A DNA stretch of 64,000 nt, from contig OX337236.1 of assembly GCA_946965045.2 (NCBI GenBank), positions 3,038,001 through 3,102,000 of the forward strand, given 5' to 3'. Below the pieces are notes generated by a model. It ran no database searches. It saw nothing but the letters and a program-made list of their open reading frames with translations, and was not told the DNA's origin. The stretch comes from Epithemia pelagica. Its lineage: Eukaryota; Protista; Bacillariophyta. Within the stretch, counting starts at the first letter, position 1. Each line of letters begins with the position of its first letter. A program made the translations under genes and the position numbers. This document shows, piece by piece, positions 23,719 to 36,751 of the stretch.

Positions 23719-26700
23719 CTACAGTCTTTGACCTCGGACCGAGTGTCGTTTACCAAACGAGGTAGACGTCGACCCGCCAGATCCTTTGCTACTACTTGCA
23801 GACTTTTTCATACGACCAAACACTCCTTTTTTCTTTTGTTGAAGATGTTCATCTTCGACAAAGTCGTCATCGTCGTCGAGACTATTGGATGAAAATGATT
23901 TGCGGTGATGAGGGGGTTGCTGGTGCAAGGACCGAGACGACGAAGTCGCAGCTTCCGTGCCACCAAGCCCTGCCCCTTGTAACTGTCGTTCCATGGCTTG
24001 AGCAACTTCGGGGTTCGATTTGTCCAACCCCAGTTCTTTGAATGTACTATAGGCAGTAGTCCAACTCGATTTTGCTGCAGACTCATTGCCTTGTAGCTTG
24101 TGAATGTTTCCCATAGTGAACAAGGCATTGACATAGTCACCATCTGGTTCTGTTTCGTTCGCCTCTCTGATACTCATGAACTCACTCAATAGCTTCAAGG
24201 CACGATCCATCCGCTTTGCCTTGAACTCGACAGTTCCCATGAATTGCAACACTGAGGCAACCGATTCATCGCTACCCCCATGCAAACGAGACCGAACGGC
24301 CAAGGCCTGTTGATAGGACTCCATGGCCTTTGGAAGCTTGTCGCGATCACTGTATACGTGACCTATCGCAAGATAAACATCTCCTACGCCGTCATCATCT
24401 AGACCGCCACCCAGTGCTTGTTTCCGTATCTTCAAACATTCTTCGTATCGGTCCTTGGCCTTGTCGTAATCCTGTTTCTCGCGATAGAGATTGCCCATGT
24501 TCTCGAGAGTCGCAGATATCTTTCTCTTGTCGCCATGAAGCTTACGAATGCGAAGAGCTTCTGTGAGAATTTGCAGTGCACTGTCCGTTTCTTGTCGCTT
24601 GATTTGAATCGAGCCCATTGCGTTCAAGCAATCCCCACATTCCGCGGCATCTTCTCCTAGTTTAAACTTTCGAATGCTGTAGGATTCATCCAAGCATTCT
24701 AGCGCCTTGTCCAGAGCGCCTTGATGCACAAGTGTGAATCCCATGCTGAAAAACGTCTCGGCAACGGCAACATCTTCTGCACCGAGCTTGTCGTGTCGAA
24801 TCTTGAGTGCTTCCCGATAATACTTGGAGGCTTCCTCGTAATCACCCAATCCATCAAACATGTTTCCTAATTCTTGCATCACTTTAGCCACAGCCACATG
24901 ATTCGGTCCGTGGATGTCTTTCCGAATGCGCAAGGCTTCCATCAACGCCATTTCTGCCTTTTTGGCCTTACCAATGTCGCGCGCCACACAACCAATCTTT
25001 TCGTGTGTTGCGGCGACGGGTACACTTTCTGGTAGTCGAAGTTGTCGGATCTTGAGGGACTCTTCAAGACATTTAAGTGCCTTATCAAGTCGTTTCCTTG
25101 ACTGGTGGAGTGCAGCAGTGTCAAACAGAGTCGTGGCTACATCTAAATGAACGTATCCGAATACTTTGCGACGAGCATGCAAGCTCTCCTCCAGTAATTT
25201 GATAGCCTTTTTGGCTTCTCCCTTTTCCAGATAGACAAGGGCGATTGAATGGAGCAATGACGCCACCTTTTCCTTGCGATGTGGTACTTTGGTGACAAGT
25301 ATAGACAATGCCTTTTCATAGCATTCAATAGCCTGTTGATGGTGATCTTTGTCCTCATCATCCCGCCCTTTCTCCTTGCTCTTCTTTTTATCTTTCTTCT
25401 TTTGTGGTTGGTGTGGGTTTTGTCGAGCATCCAGACTGTGTAGAATTCCTTTTGTTGTCCACACATCCGCATCTTTTTCATGCCCGCCATGAGGATCCAG
25501 CTCACGTAGTCGGATTGATTCCTTGTATTGGACAATCGCGTTTTCCACAGTTCTGCTGTCATCGGCCAAGCAATGGCCAATTCGTTCATAGATGGTGGCA
25601 AGCTCCGCACTATCTTTTCCTAAATCGGCCATCTTCGACCGCAGTGCACCTTCAAAGCTCGTCAACGCTTTGTCCTCAAGTTCTCCTTTACAATAGTGAA
25701 TCCGTCCCATGTTTTCGAGAACATCACCGATATCAATGCGATGGTGACTTGGCTCAACGTGCATGACATCCAGAGCCCAATTATAACTTTCCATTGCCTC
25801 CCCATAGTCGCTCATTGCCCAAAATATGTCACCGATTTTCTGAATTGTTTGTGCGTAGAGAATGTGCTCTTCTCCATGAATGGCACCACGGATACGCAAA
25901 CATTGCTTCAATGCGGTGAGAGCCTGTTCAAACCCATCCACTCGTTGGGAGTACACAACGCCAACATTGAATAGCACACCAGCTACAACTTCCACCATTC
26001 CCAAAGACGAAACGAACAATTCTTGACTGCGTTCCCAGTGCTGAATGGCGGCCTCCCAGCACCGCTTCTGTGCCAATGAAAATCCAATCTCAAACTCGCA
26101 TCGAGCTACTTCCACTGCCTCAGGCGATCCTTCTTCCTTGATGTACTCTTCTTCGTCCATGGCCAAGTGGTCACCTAGTACCCGGAAAGCTTGTTTCAAG
26201 ACACTTCGTGGCTCGTGCTGTTTTTTCTTACCACTACCACTCGTCAGATGCTTCTGTTTTTGTAAGGCATCATAGAGAATTTCACAGTCATGAATGTGTC
26301 GCCGAGCACCGTTTTCTCGTCCCAGAGCAAACAATCGTCCACGGACAAATTTTTCGTTCGACAGCAGCTTAACGGCGTCAGAATACATACCACCGCGAAT
26401 CATATGCGCTGGCATCATTTCCAATGCGTAATCCAAGCCTGCATCGGGCGCTTCAGTGTCCCAGGCAATTTTTCTGACCAAGAACGTATCACAGTATGTG
26501 CGATTCCAACGTCGTTCGGCTCGCACCGTGAAGTCTTTAAGGGAAATATCCTCTTCCAGCAAGTATTCGGCATATTCTTGTTGAACCACGTGTGTTACTT
26601 GTAGATACTTCTCCGTAACTGCCTCTCCTTCTTCACCATCTTCGTCGATTCCTGGTTGGGAAACCGTCTCAATTTGCATTAGAACACCCAAAGAAGTCAA

Positions 26701-29700
26701 AGCTTCAGGAATCAAGGCTGCAGCCTCTTTTTTGTCATCATGAAGCAGGCTTCCTTCTTCGCGAAGGCTCCGTTCTTCCAGACGGAGCAGCCCTTCGAAG
26801 AGAGTTTCAGCTGTCATCAACGGGACAATTGGGCTAGCGTCGGCAAGAGCAAAGTCAGATATGAACTCCCTGTCGCAGAAGACTCGGACAAAGGCAGCAA
26901 AACAGAACTTGATAATTGTCGTTGGTTCTCCATTGATGGCCGGTGAAAGACTCATATTCAGAATCTCGTACATCATATCATCGCCTTCGTCACTAAGAGT
27001 AGATGTTCCGCTGCGCAATATCTTTTCCATGGAGGTAAGCACGTCATCTTCGGGATTGGCATCTTCGTCCTCGGATTCTCCGTTGTTTCCCGCAGCGGTG
27101 GCATGCTTTAGGTTCAGCCATCGTCCTACACTCTTAACAGCAAGGGGGTGATTCGCACATTCCCGGACGACCGCCTGGGTCTTGGAGGGTGATTCCGTCA
27201 GAATCCCACACAAATTTTCTCCAGATTCTTGAATAAGCAATTGAACCGCTTCTTGCTCTTCCAAGACCTCAACCTCGACAGTGTCATTGGAAGGAAGCAA
27301 ATCTCGACGACGTGTGGTCAAGAGAACAAAGCAACCACCCTCTAGAGGTCCACCATTGTCATCTTCAGCTGGGCCACCAAAATCGAACCAATCCAAATCG
27401 GCATCCAACCAGACATCATCTAGAACCAACAAGACATTGAATTCTTGCAAGAAATCAGCCATACTCTCTCTGACAAACATCATGAATCCTTCTTCTCTTC
27501 GACGACTTCGTGACCCGGGTTCACCGGGCGTCGGTAACATTTCTGGGAAGAGGGGTTCATTGTCAATATCGGGTAAATCCAACTGTGCAAGAACGTCCTT
27601 GAGGATCTGAACGTATCGAGTATAGTTCAGTTCTCGATTTCCGATATAGATCCAGGCAATGCCATCGGAAAACTGTCTTCGGACATCCGGATGAGTCGCC
27701 ACCATGGCTGCCAAGGTAGATTTACCCACACCGGCAACACCGAGATTGGCTTCCCCATCGGGTTCTTGTTTTTCAGAGCTTCGTTCGGGAATGGATGAAA
27801 TTGCAATCATGTTCGATGCCACTACCACTGGTTTCTTGTTGTTTTTGAGACTATCTCGACTGAGGGTCGGATCCGTAATTTTGTCCCCCGGCAAGAGACG
27901 TCTCAGGATACAAGACAATGTGTGTCGTCGCGGAATCGGCGGTCCTCCGTGAATCTTTTCCAGTACCTGTTGGGCTCCTTCGGGTGCGGCGGCCAGTCCT
28001 TCTTGATTTTGCGCTGCAGCGACAAAGGCTGCAGCTGCTGCCGCATCGGCCCGCGGGCGGAAATGACCCTCGGCCAACATGGATTCATCAATGCTACAAA
28101 TATCCATGAGTGTTTCCACGTTGGTGCACCACTGATCACAACTCAAAATGACTTGATAGGCAATTTGTCGAAAGACGGTGAGATCTTGTGTCTGTTTGGA
28201 CAAACTCTTGTACTCTTTCAAATGCCCCGTGGCAGTCCAGGCTTCGTGCAAAAGATTGGATAATTTGTATTTGGGAGTATCAACGTCGTTGAAGATAGAG
28301 GTGACTTCCACAGTGTCACGTGCAAGCAACTCCAACAAGGTCGTCCAAGAGGTACAGGCGCGGGGTGTCCATTCTTGTCGCTCTCCCACTCGTTGACCGA
28401 TTTCCGACAAGAGTTCCAACATGAGAGTCATACCATAGAACAAATCACCCATTTCTTCATCCACCGTGTTGGAGGCGGAAGTGAGGTAGTGTTTCAGAAC
28501 GGGCTCGAGTTGGACAAAGGTTTGATCGATTATGGGTGCAAAGTCCAAGAGGGAATTGAGGGCGGCACTAGCAGCCTTGTCCTTGGCGTTGGCAAACGTG
28601 GACACTAATTCCACTTCATCGGATAGTTGCAACAAAATTCCAATAAAGGTCTCAAATCCATTCATGAGGTTTTGACAATCGTCCTCTTGTTCTTCTTCAC
28701 TGTTGTTCTTTTTGCTCTTTTTCTTTTTCTTTTTGGTCTGCGCCGCATCCTCAATTTCCTGCAAAGTATCATTGACATGGGCCACCAGACCCAGTAAGGC
28801 TTCGCTCTTGACCACTTGATGTCGTCGACTCTTTTTCTTTTTGCCAGCCGCCTTCTTTTTGGAACTGTTCTTGTTGTTTCCCTCGTCACCCAGCGGCTCT
28901 CCTTCTTCGTCTTCGACCAAGGGTGGATCGTCGGCCATGGACGACGAAGCACTCGAGTGAACAGAAGACGACTTTTTCTTGCGCCCCGCACTATTTGTAT
29001 TGATAGTCCCCGAGCTACTCTTGCGGTCTCTTCGTTTCGTCGTCGCTCCTGACTTTTTGCCCTTGCTTCGTTTGGTTTTGGATCCTTCCACGGCAGCGTC
29101 ATCCACAGGTTGCTGGTCCTCCATATCCTCCTCTCCTCCCTCCGTCACTAGCTGTGAATCACTCATGACTTGATTGGCATCGTCCAGATCCATGGCATTC
29201 TCCGTGTCCTCTCCATGAGAAGAAGAAGAAGTCGATGACTTTTTCTTTTTGTGCGTCGTCTTGGCATGATTGCTGGTGTCCTCTTCCACGTCCATCATTC
29301 CATCCTTATCTTTGCTCTTGCTGCGTTTGGAGGCACTCTTGGCCAATTTTCGAATTTGATCACGAGGGCTGCCATGTCCTCCGGACCGTTTTGATTTGGG
29401 ACTCCGGGGATTGTGATGATGGTGATGGTGGTGCTTTTTGGGACTCTGAGGCGCCTCCTCGCCTCTATCCTCATGTTTCTTGCTGGTCGCTCGTTGATGA
29501 TTGCTATCTTGATGGTTGGCTGTTGCCGCTGCGGCAGCCGCAAATCCCTTGCCCTTATTGTGATGATGCTTCTTGTTGTGTTTCTTCTTCTTCGTCTTGG
29601 CAGTGTCATTGTTATTGGTATCTTCAGCCTCCTCCAAGGCATCTTCCATTGGATGATCGTCGTCGCCATCAACGTCCTCCTTCTCTGCCATTTCTTCCTC

Positions 29701-31236
29701 GTCGGCGAATGCTACAGGTTGCTCATCTTCTCCGTGATTTTCCTCATGCTCGTTTTCATCATGGATCAAATGCTCGTCCTCCGAATCCTGTTTCTTGGAT
29801 TTGCGGTGATGATGTTTGTGGTGATGATGATGCTTGTGATGATGATGTTTGTGATGATGCTTGCTGTTGCTATGATCCTCATTGTCTAGTGGAGTCGGTT
29901 CTTCGGGGTCCTGCACTACCAGGTCGTCGTCGTCGTCGTCATGCGCCGAAAAGCTATCCATTTTGGATTTCTGGGGGGCATCCATCATGGTAGTGCCATC
30001 CGTGGTGGCCGGAGTATTGTTTCGACTGGTATTGGTAGTAGTTTGGTGATCATGATCGTCGTCCGATAAGGAATCCAACTCATCCTCTCCTTCCGTGTGT
30101 TGTTGGGGGTCCTGCGCATCTTGTTCGTCTTGGTGGTCTAAAAACAAGTCTCCATCATTGACACTACTCCCATCAATGGTGGAATCTTCTTCCATGGGTA
30201 TCATTTTGTCCGGATCATCATCATAATCCTCTTCGTCATCGTCGTCAATCATGACATTGTCGGGAGACGACGACCCAACACCAAAGGGTGATGAGGAGGA
30301 CACGGCATCCACTGTTTCGGAGACCAGCATGACGGGCTCTTCTTCGTCGTCGTCATTATCGTCATCGTCATCCAAATTAAAGGTATAGGGTTGTTCTTCT
30401 TCTTCTTTTTCTTCTTCTTCTTCTTCTTGTGATTGCACAGCCTTTGGAGGCCTCTTTTTATGGGTCTTTTTCGGGGAACAGGATGCGGCCGCAAACAAGT
30501 CTTCGTGACTCGACACCTCCATGAGGGAATCCTCTCCTCCTTCTCCTTGAGAATGGTGGTCGTCGTCATTAAAGGAATGGTGGTTGTTGGTGGTTCCAAA
30601 CAAGGTTTCAGCTTCGTCATTGTCTGTTTCATGAATCGTAGTGGCATCAAACCCCCCAAAGTCATTGGAATGGGGTGGTTCGTGGTGCGTGGATGTACTA
30701 AACCCAATCGTTTCATCCGCATCGTCATCGTCATCGTCCTCCACAGTGGCTGCCGCCGACGGAAACAAGGGGGATTCCGTGTGGTGGTTAGTGTTGTGGT
30801 TGGGAAGGGGATGATTGCTTTCCTTCCAGACTTCGTTATGACCCGAGGTATCCCAAGCCATCAGGTTGTTGTGGTTGTGGTGGTTGGAATTTTGGTCACT
30901 GTCGTCGGCTTCGGCAAAGGCCGGTACTTGGGACGATGATGATGGAGCCGCTGGAATATTCGCAGTATCGTCGTCCGTGACAAAAAAGGATTCGGCATCG
31001 TCCGTGGCCATGGAACGAGGAGATTCTTCTTGTGTTGGAGGTGCTGCCGCCGCCGTAGTACGGCGTTGGGAGGATTCCACGGATGAATCATCATCACTGC
31101 TACTACTGTCATGGACTACCACGGCTGGTTTAGCGACAGGAGGAGCCTTCCAAAAGTTGTCATCTTGATCTCCCATGGACGAATCCGCATCACTGCTATC
31201 ATCATCATCTTCTTCACTACTGGAATACCGACCCAT
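23719..31236 (-). CDS. STAND NTPase of NB-ARC type with C-terminal TPR array (NLR-like), 2505 aa, apparently intronless
   Basis: GVAGVGKST (Walker A), LLVLDDVW (Walker B), VLLTTRR (sensor 1) and CANHPLAV (GxP), followed by many TPR units (e.g. ALKCLEESLKIRQLRL). About 830 aa of acidic/His/Lys low-complexity sequence at the N-terminus. Confidence 0.9.
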   Translation of the reverse strand: MGRYSSSEEDDDDSSDADSSMGDQDDNFWKAPPVAKPAVVVHDSSSSDDDSSVESSQRRTTAAAAPPTQEESPRSMATDDAESFFVTDDDTANIPAAPSSSSQVPAFAEADDSDQNSNHHNHNNLMAWDTSGHNEVWKESNHPLPNHNTNHHTESPLFPSAAATVEDDDDDDADETIGFSTSTHHEPPHSNDFGGFDATTIHETDNDEAETLFGTTNNHHSFNDDDHHSQGEGGEDSLMEVSSHEDLFAAASCSPKKTHKKRPPKAVQSQEEEEEEKEEEEQPYTFNLDDDDDNDDDEEEPVMLVSETVDAVSSSSPFGVGSSSPDNVMIDDDDEEDYDDDPDKMIPMEEDSTIDGSSVNDGDLFLDHQDEQDAQDPQQHTEGEDELDSLSDDDHDHQTTTNTSRNNTPATTDGTTMMDAPQKSKMDSFSAHDDDDDDLVVQDPEEPTPLDNEDHSNSKHHHKHHHHKHHHHHKHHHRKSKKQDSEDEHLIHDENEHEENHGEDEQPVAFADEEEMAEKEDVDGDDDHPMEDALEEAEDTNNNDTAKTKKKKHNKKHHHNKGKGFAAAAAATANHQDSNHQRATSKKHEDRGEEAPQSPKKHHHHHHHNPRSPKSKRSGGHGSPRDQIRKLAKSASKRSKSKDKDGMMDVEEDTSNHAKTTHKKKKSSTSSSSHGEDTENAMDLDDANQVMSDSQLVTEGGEEDMEDQQPVDDAAVEGSKTKRSKGKKSGATTKRRDRKSSSGTINTNSAGRKKKSSSVHSSASSSMADDPPLVEDEEGEPLGDEGNNKNSSKKKAAGKKKKSRRHQVVKSEALLGLVAHVNDTLQEIEDAAQTKKKKKKSKKNNSEEEQEDDCQNLMNGFETFIGILLQLSDEVELVSTFANAKDKAASAALNSLLDFAPIIDQTFVQLEPVLKHYLTSASNTVDEEMGDLFYGMTLMLELLSEIGQRVGERQEWTPRACTSWTTLLELLARDTVEVTSIFNDVDTPKYKLSNLLHEAWTATGHLKEYKSLSKQTQDLTVFRQIAYQVILSCDQWCTNVETLMDICSIDESMLAEGHFRPRADAAAAAAFVAAAQNQEGLAAAPEGAQQVLEKIHGGPPIPRRHTLSCILRRLLPGDKITDPTLSRDSLKNNKKPVVVASNMIAISSIPERSSEKQEPDGEANLGVAGVGKSTLAAMVATHPDVRRQFSDGIAWIYIGNRELNYTRYVQILKDVLAQLDLPDIDNEPLFPEMLPTPGEPGSRSRRREEGFMMFVRESMADFLQEFNVLLVLDDVWLDADLDWFDFGGPAEDDNGGPLEGGCFVLLTTRRRDLLPSNDTVEVEVLEEQEAVQLLIQESGENLCGILTESPSKTQAVVRECANHPLAVKSVGRWLNLKHATAAGNNGESEDEDANPEDDVLTSMEKILRSGTSTLSDEGDDMMYEILNMSLSPAINGEPTTIIKFCFAAFVRVFCDREFISDFALADASPIVPLMTAETLFEGLLRLEERSLREEGSLLHDDKKEAAALIPEALTSLGVLMQIETVSQPGIDEDGEEGEAVTEKYLQVTHVVQQEYAEYLLEEDISLKDFTVRAERRWNRTYCDTFLVRKIAWDTEAPDAGLDYALEMMPAHMIRGGMYSDAVKLLSNEKFVRGRLFALGRENGARRHIHDCEILYDALQKQKHLTSGSGKKKQHEPRSVLKQAFRVLGDHLAMDEEEYIKEEGSPEAVEVARCEFEIGFSLAQKRCWEAAIQHWERSQELFVSSLGMVEVVAGVLFNVGVVYSQRVDGFEQALTALKQCLRIRGAIHGEEHILYAQTIQKIGDIFWAMSDYGEAMESYNWALDVMHVEPSHHRIDIGDVLENMGRIHYCKGELEDKALTSFEGALRSKMADLGKDSAELATIYERIGHCLADDSRTVENAIVQYKESIRLRELDPHGGHEKDADVWTTKGILHSLDARQNPHQPQKKKDKKKSKEKGRDDEDKDHHQQAIECYEKALSILVTKVPHRKEKVASLLHSIALVYLEKGEAKKAIKLLEESLHARRKVFGYVHLDVATTLFDTAALHQSRKRLDKALKCLEESLKIRQLRLPESVPVAATHEKIGCVARDIGKAKKAEMALMEALRIRKDIHGPNHVAVAKVMQELGNMFDGLGDYEEASKYYREALKIRHDKLGAEDVAVAETFFSMGFTLVHQGALDKALECLDESYSIRKFKLGEDAAECGDCLNAMGSIQIKRQETDSALQILTEALRIRKLHGDKRKISATLENMGNLYREKQDYDKAKDRYEECLKIRKQALGGGLDDDGVGDVYLAIGHVYSDRDKLPKAMESYQQALAVRSRLHGGSDESVASVLQFMGTVEFKAKRMDRALKLLSEFMSIREANETEPDGDYVNALFTMGNIHKLQGNESAAKSSWTTAYSTFKELGLDKSNPEVAQAMERQLQGAGLGGTEAATSSSRSLHQQPPHHRKSFSSNSLDDDDDFVEDEHLQQKKKGVFGRMKKSASSSKGSGGSTSTSFGKRHSVRGQRL

Positions 31237-32458
31237 GATAATTATGATGCAACGTGTGGTTGCTGTTGTGGTGGTGGTGGTGGATTGAGGATGCTATTTA
31301 CACAGCGTCTAGAGGGGTTCTTTCAGATGTGTGGAATACTAGAGAGTTCGAGTCTTTTTCGAATGATTGTTGTGGTTGGTTTTTGGTGGTGGAAGGAATG
31401 TCAACAATAACCGGTACAATGGAGTGACTCTCTTTTCACAAATCCACAAACACTGACGGCACAGGAGCAATAATGAATTGGGAGAGTGAATGCCAGGAGA
31501 GAGAGAGAGACTACGAGACACGAGACAACGTGGATTGGTGTTGTTGGTTGTCTTGCTTTTGTTTCTCCCTTTTCTTGGTTGGTTGGTTGTTTGTTTCAAC
31601 ACAAAAAAAGGGGAAGTCTTTGAACTCTACAGTGTACAGTCGGTTCTTTTTGGCGTGTGGAGTGTGGCTTCCAAGTTCCAAGGGAAACTGAAATTTTGAG
31701 TGGATTTTTTCTTTTTTCTTTGGTGGGGTTGCGGGGATGAACCGCGTTGTGGTTATATTTTGTTCATTTCTGGTGTGGCAATTTCCGATTCGATCGGTCA
31801 TTTTCAGACCAAAGCATTGGGCCTGTGTGACGCGTGACTCTCTCCTTTTGTCTTTTGGACTTATGCAGATGCGAAAGTTTTACTTAGACCCAACCAGCCA
31901 CGAAACCTACCCAACACATTTCTACTACAGCGGTGGAATGTTTGGAACTTCTTGGGAAGTCTGCGCCGGAGGAAAAGGCTATCCCTTCTACACAATAACA
32001 GAGAAGCGACGATACAACGAGGCCTCTCTATTTCTAGGACTATACCTTTACTAGAGATTGTGCTCTTCTCGAGGGAAAATGATTCGATCAATCCACAAAG
32101 TCTCTACTAGAGCTAGTAGATAGTTAAGAGGAGAACACAACAAGAATCCACAGAGTTCGTCCATATGTGATGATTCTAATAGACCTCGGTATGTGCTTGT
32201 CTTTGGATTCGATCGCCTCTCTTTGACTATACCAAAGGAAAGGAGTCCTCAATGGCTTACTTTTCAGTCTCCCTCTCTCTCTATTGATACCAAGCCTTGT
32301 TGTCAGGGGTGAACGAGACCAAGAAAAGGGTCCGATCTAAAGAGAACACAGCAACAGACAAAAACAACAACCAACGACAGTCCAAGGACCCGTGTTTTCG
32401 AATTCGTTTCTCATGGATGGTGGTGGTGATGGAAATTGTGAGATGATCTCGAGGCTGT

Positions 32459-33171
32459 CTAAAATTCCGGTTCTTCGTCTCCTGCTCCTTCCTCCCCCAT
32501 GACAGTCGTTGTTGTGGTTGTCTCCATACCAAGAGAGGCTTCTTCTTCAATCGTGGTTTCCGACAGGGCACCTTTTGTCAGGACGGCTGCACTGGCCAAC
32601 AACAGTCGCAACTGCTCTTCACTCGATTCATGAGCCAGTGTATAGCAGTAGGTCCAAATCAACAGGCAGAGTGCCATGGCATGGACCAAGCCGGCAAAAA
32701 TCACTTGTTGGGCAAACACGTCCGTGGGGACAAAGAGATAAAATTTGCAATACATGGTCGGAACAAAGGTAATCACATTCAAGGCTTGCAGCAAATAGGG
32801 CGCCGAACGAATCAAATTGCTGCCGACATAGGTACCATAGGCCACGGCCAAGCAAAAGCGAAACCAAATCTACACAATTCAATGGGAATCGTACAATGAC
32901 ATAACAACAACAACAACAATGAGACAGTCCAGCATGCAACAGCAATACAAAACCAAAACAATGGTCAGTTTTTCAACACAACAATACCGCACCACACAGT
33001 CCTTGTGGGGAGAGCAACGACGCACATGACAGGGCCATTCTTGGTACCGGCAAAACTACAACGTACCAAAACAGTGGGCAGTTCGGGGAAGGATTCTTCC
33101 GTGGGTTTCAAATTGTAAGTGGTAGCCTTTTGGAGAATGGCACGAATGCGAGGCCACGAAAGCGAAATCAT
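32459..33171 (-). CDS. Rab5ip/EMC6-family (RAB5IF-like) small membrane protein, two exons
   Basis: Exons 33171-33067 and 32869-32459, separated by a GTACGT...TGTAG phase-0 intron. The segments IWFRFCLAVAYG and GLVHAMALCLLIWTYCYTLAH resemble the family pattern. Assignment is by recall only. Confidence 0.65.
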
Positions 33172-33980
33172 GGTATTGTAGGTCTGTGGTTATTGTTGTC
33201 GTTTGTGGTGTGGTGTGGGAGGCAATGCAATTCTTGTTCCCAAGCCTATCTATGGTTCGAGATACCACGCACCAAACAGGAGAAGGAGGAGGAGGTGGGA
33301 CTGCCAACTGCAACAACAAACGTACACAACAACGAGAAACACACAAGAAGAGATGCCGGTGTCCATGGAATGGTCCTTGTCGTCTCGTCTCTTTGGCATT
33401 ACATCCACATATCCCACCTTCCACCAGCGCACACGTCAAAAATCTTTCTCCGAACGAATCTCAAGCGTTTGTAAAGTTTATAACAAGACAGAAATCAGTA
33501 GCTTTTGGAATCGGAGCGCGGGGCAGTATGGTGCGCACATACTACTTGCCTCTAGCGCTATCTATCTAGGTAGGTAGGTACTCCTATGTCGACTTACATG
33601 CTTCTCTATGACCCCCCCAGCATGGTATATGGTCACCATGCCTTCTCCACGAGACCGAAACAACCTCCGAATACACAACACACCCTTTCCATCGTTTGGA
33701 CATGGTTGGAACTACAATAGCTAGGAACAGCACTATCTACAAGACACTACCAAAATATCGAATGCCTCTCCACACACACCTTTAGAAACGGTCTCTCTCA
33801 CAGACGCCAGCAGTTTCCGGTCCCGACCGCCTTGATACGACGTAACAGTTTTTGGTGGGTCGTTCTACAAGGGGGAGGATCCATCCTGTATGGATGGATG
33901 GATGGGTGTGTCCATATCCAGAGGACAGCCCCTGCCATCATCCACAATGGCACCACGAATCAATGAATGTCTTTTTCTTG

Positions 33981-35468
<1,488 letters not shown>

Positions 35469-35533
35469 TTAGCTCAAAAGTTGTCCTCGCCTGCTCTCCG
35501 TGCTCCCATTGTCACAAAAACGCCGCACGCACC

Positions 35534-36751
35534 ATGACACGGCATGAACAAGCATGGCAGTCAGGCCTTGTCCTTTTGGACGAGACAGCAGATGAATGGA
35601 ATACTAACGACTGGCCTCCTCTTGTCGGTGGGTGGCGTGACGAATATGTTACGGTCATACTTGATCATCCCCATCCGAACGACACCAAAACGAGACAAAC
35701 CGTCGTCGTGTTGGGCGGATGTCAACAAGGCCAGGGTACCACCAATTCTGTTCTTGTATTGAATTTAGCAGAATCCCACAAGCAGTGGCGAGAAGGGTCA
35801 CCCATGAACAAGAGTCGTCAAGGACATGCCGCTGTTGTGTGCAATGGCGGCGTTTACGTGATAGGAGGATACAATGGACGAGTAGAAGGATATTCGGATT
35901 GTATCGAACAAATTGATGTCAGTGAATTGCTGCAATCATCTTTAACAGCAAGCACCGAATATGAGAGTCATTGGAAGACATTGACATGTCGATTATCCAC
36001 ACTACTTTTTGGATGTTGTGCTGTCGCGGTTCACAATCGATACATTGTGGTCATGGGCGGCTACAACAGTCGTTATTTGTCGTCGGTGGATATTGTTGAT
36101 ACGAGCAACGGCACTGTCATTGCGGGACCATCGATGACTGTTCCACGAGTATGGTGTGCAAGTGCGGTCATTGGCCATCGCATCTTTGTCGCTGGAGGCT
36201 ATAAAGAGCATGGCAATCTGGAGTCGGTGGAATACTTGGACTTTGCAAGGCCATGTGAGAATGAAAAGACAGAAAAGGAGACTGGTTCCTCTGTTATTAC
36301 CTTCTCGTCCAGTTGGATCACTCACTCTGATTTGTTACTTTCCGTCGCACGACATTCTTGTGCAGCGGTTGCAATGGGATCTTGTCTGGTGGTGACCGGA
36401 GGAAGCAGTCCAACCGTGGACGTCTTGGATACGCGCCGCAACCGCATATGCAATCTCCCACCTGTCGGAAATGGCCTTCATTCTGGTGGCTGCAGTCTAG
36501 TGAACGTTGCCAATCAAGTTGCCGTGATTGGTGGGTTTGGCAATCCTTCCTGTGCGACATTCCCACTAATGGACAAAAATTCGTGGTGTTTTCGTCAACT
36601 CTGTGAACAGCAGCCCAACGGATGGTATCATTCTCTGGAAGAAATGGGTTTCCAAGATGCTGATATCTCACCCTTCTCGACCTCGACATCAGCTCGTAAA
36701 CGAGCTAGGTCCAATACGCACCGTGGTAATAAAGGAAATGATGAAGCTTGA
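35534..36751 (+). CDS. Kelch-repeat protein (copy 1)
   Basis: GG-containing Kelch repeats (VYVIGGY, IVVMGGY, IFVAGGY); tail ARKRARS. Confidence 0.92.
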   Translation: MTRHEQAWQSGLVLLDETADEWNTNDWPPLVGGWRDEYVTVILDHPHPNDTKTRQTVVVLGGCQQGQGTTNSVLVLNLAESHKQWREGSPMNKSRQGHAAVVCNGGVYVIGGYNGRVEGYSDCIEQIDVSELLQSSLTASTEYESHWKTLTCRLSTLLFGCCAVAVHNRYIVVMGGYNSRYLSSVDIVDTSNGTVIAGPSMTVPRVWCASAVIGHRIFVAGGYKEHGNLESVEYLDFARPCENEKTEKETGSSVITFSSSWITHSDLLLSVARHSCAAVAMGSCLVVTGGSSPTVDVLDTRRNRICNLPPVGNGLHSGGCSLVNVANQVAVIGGFGNPSCATFPLMDKNSWCFRQLCEQQPNGWYHSLEEMGFQDADISPFSTSTSARKRARSNTHRGNKGNDEA

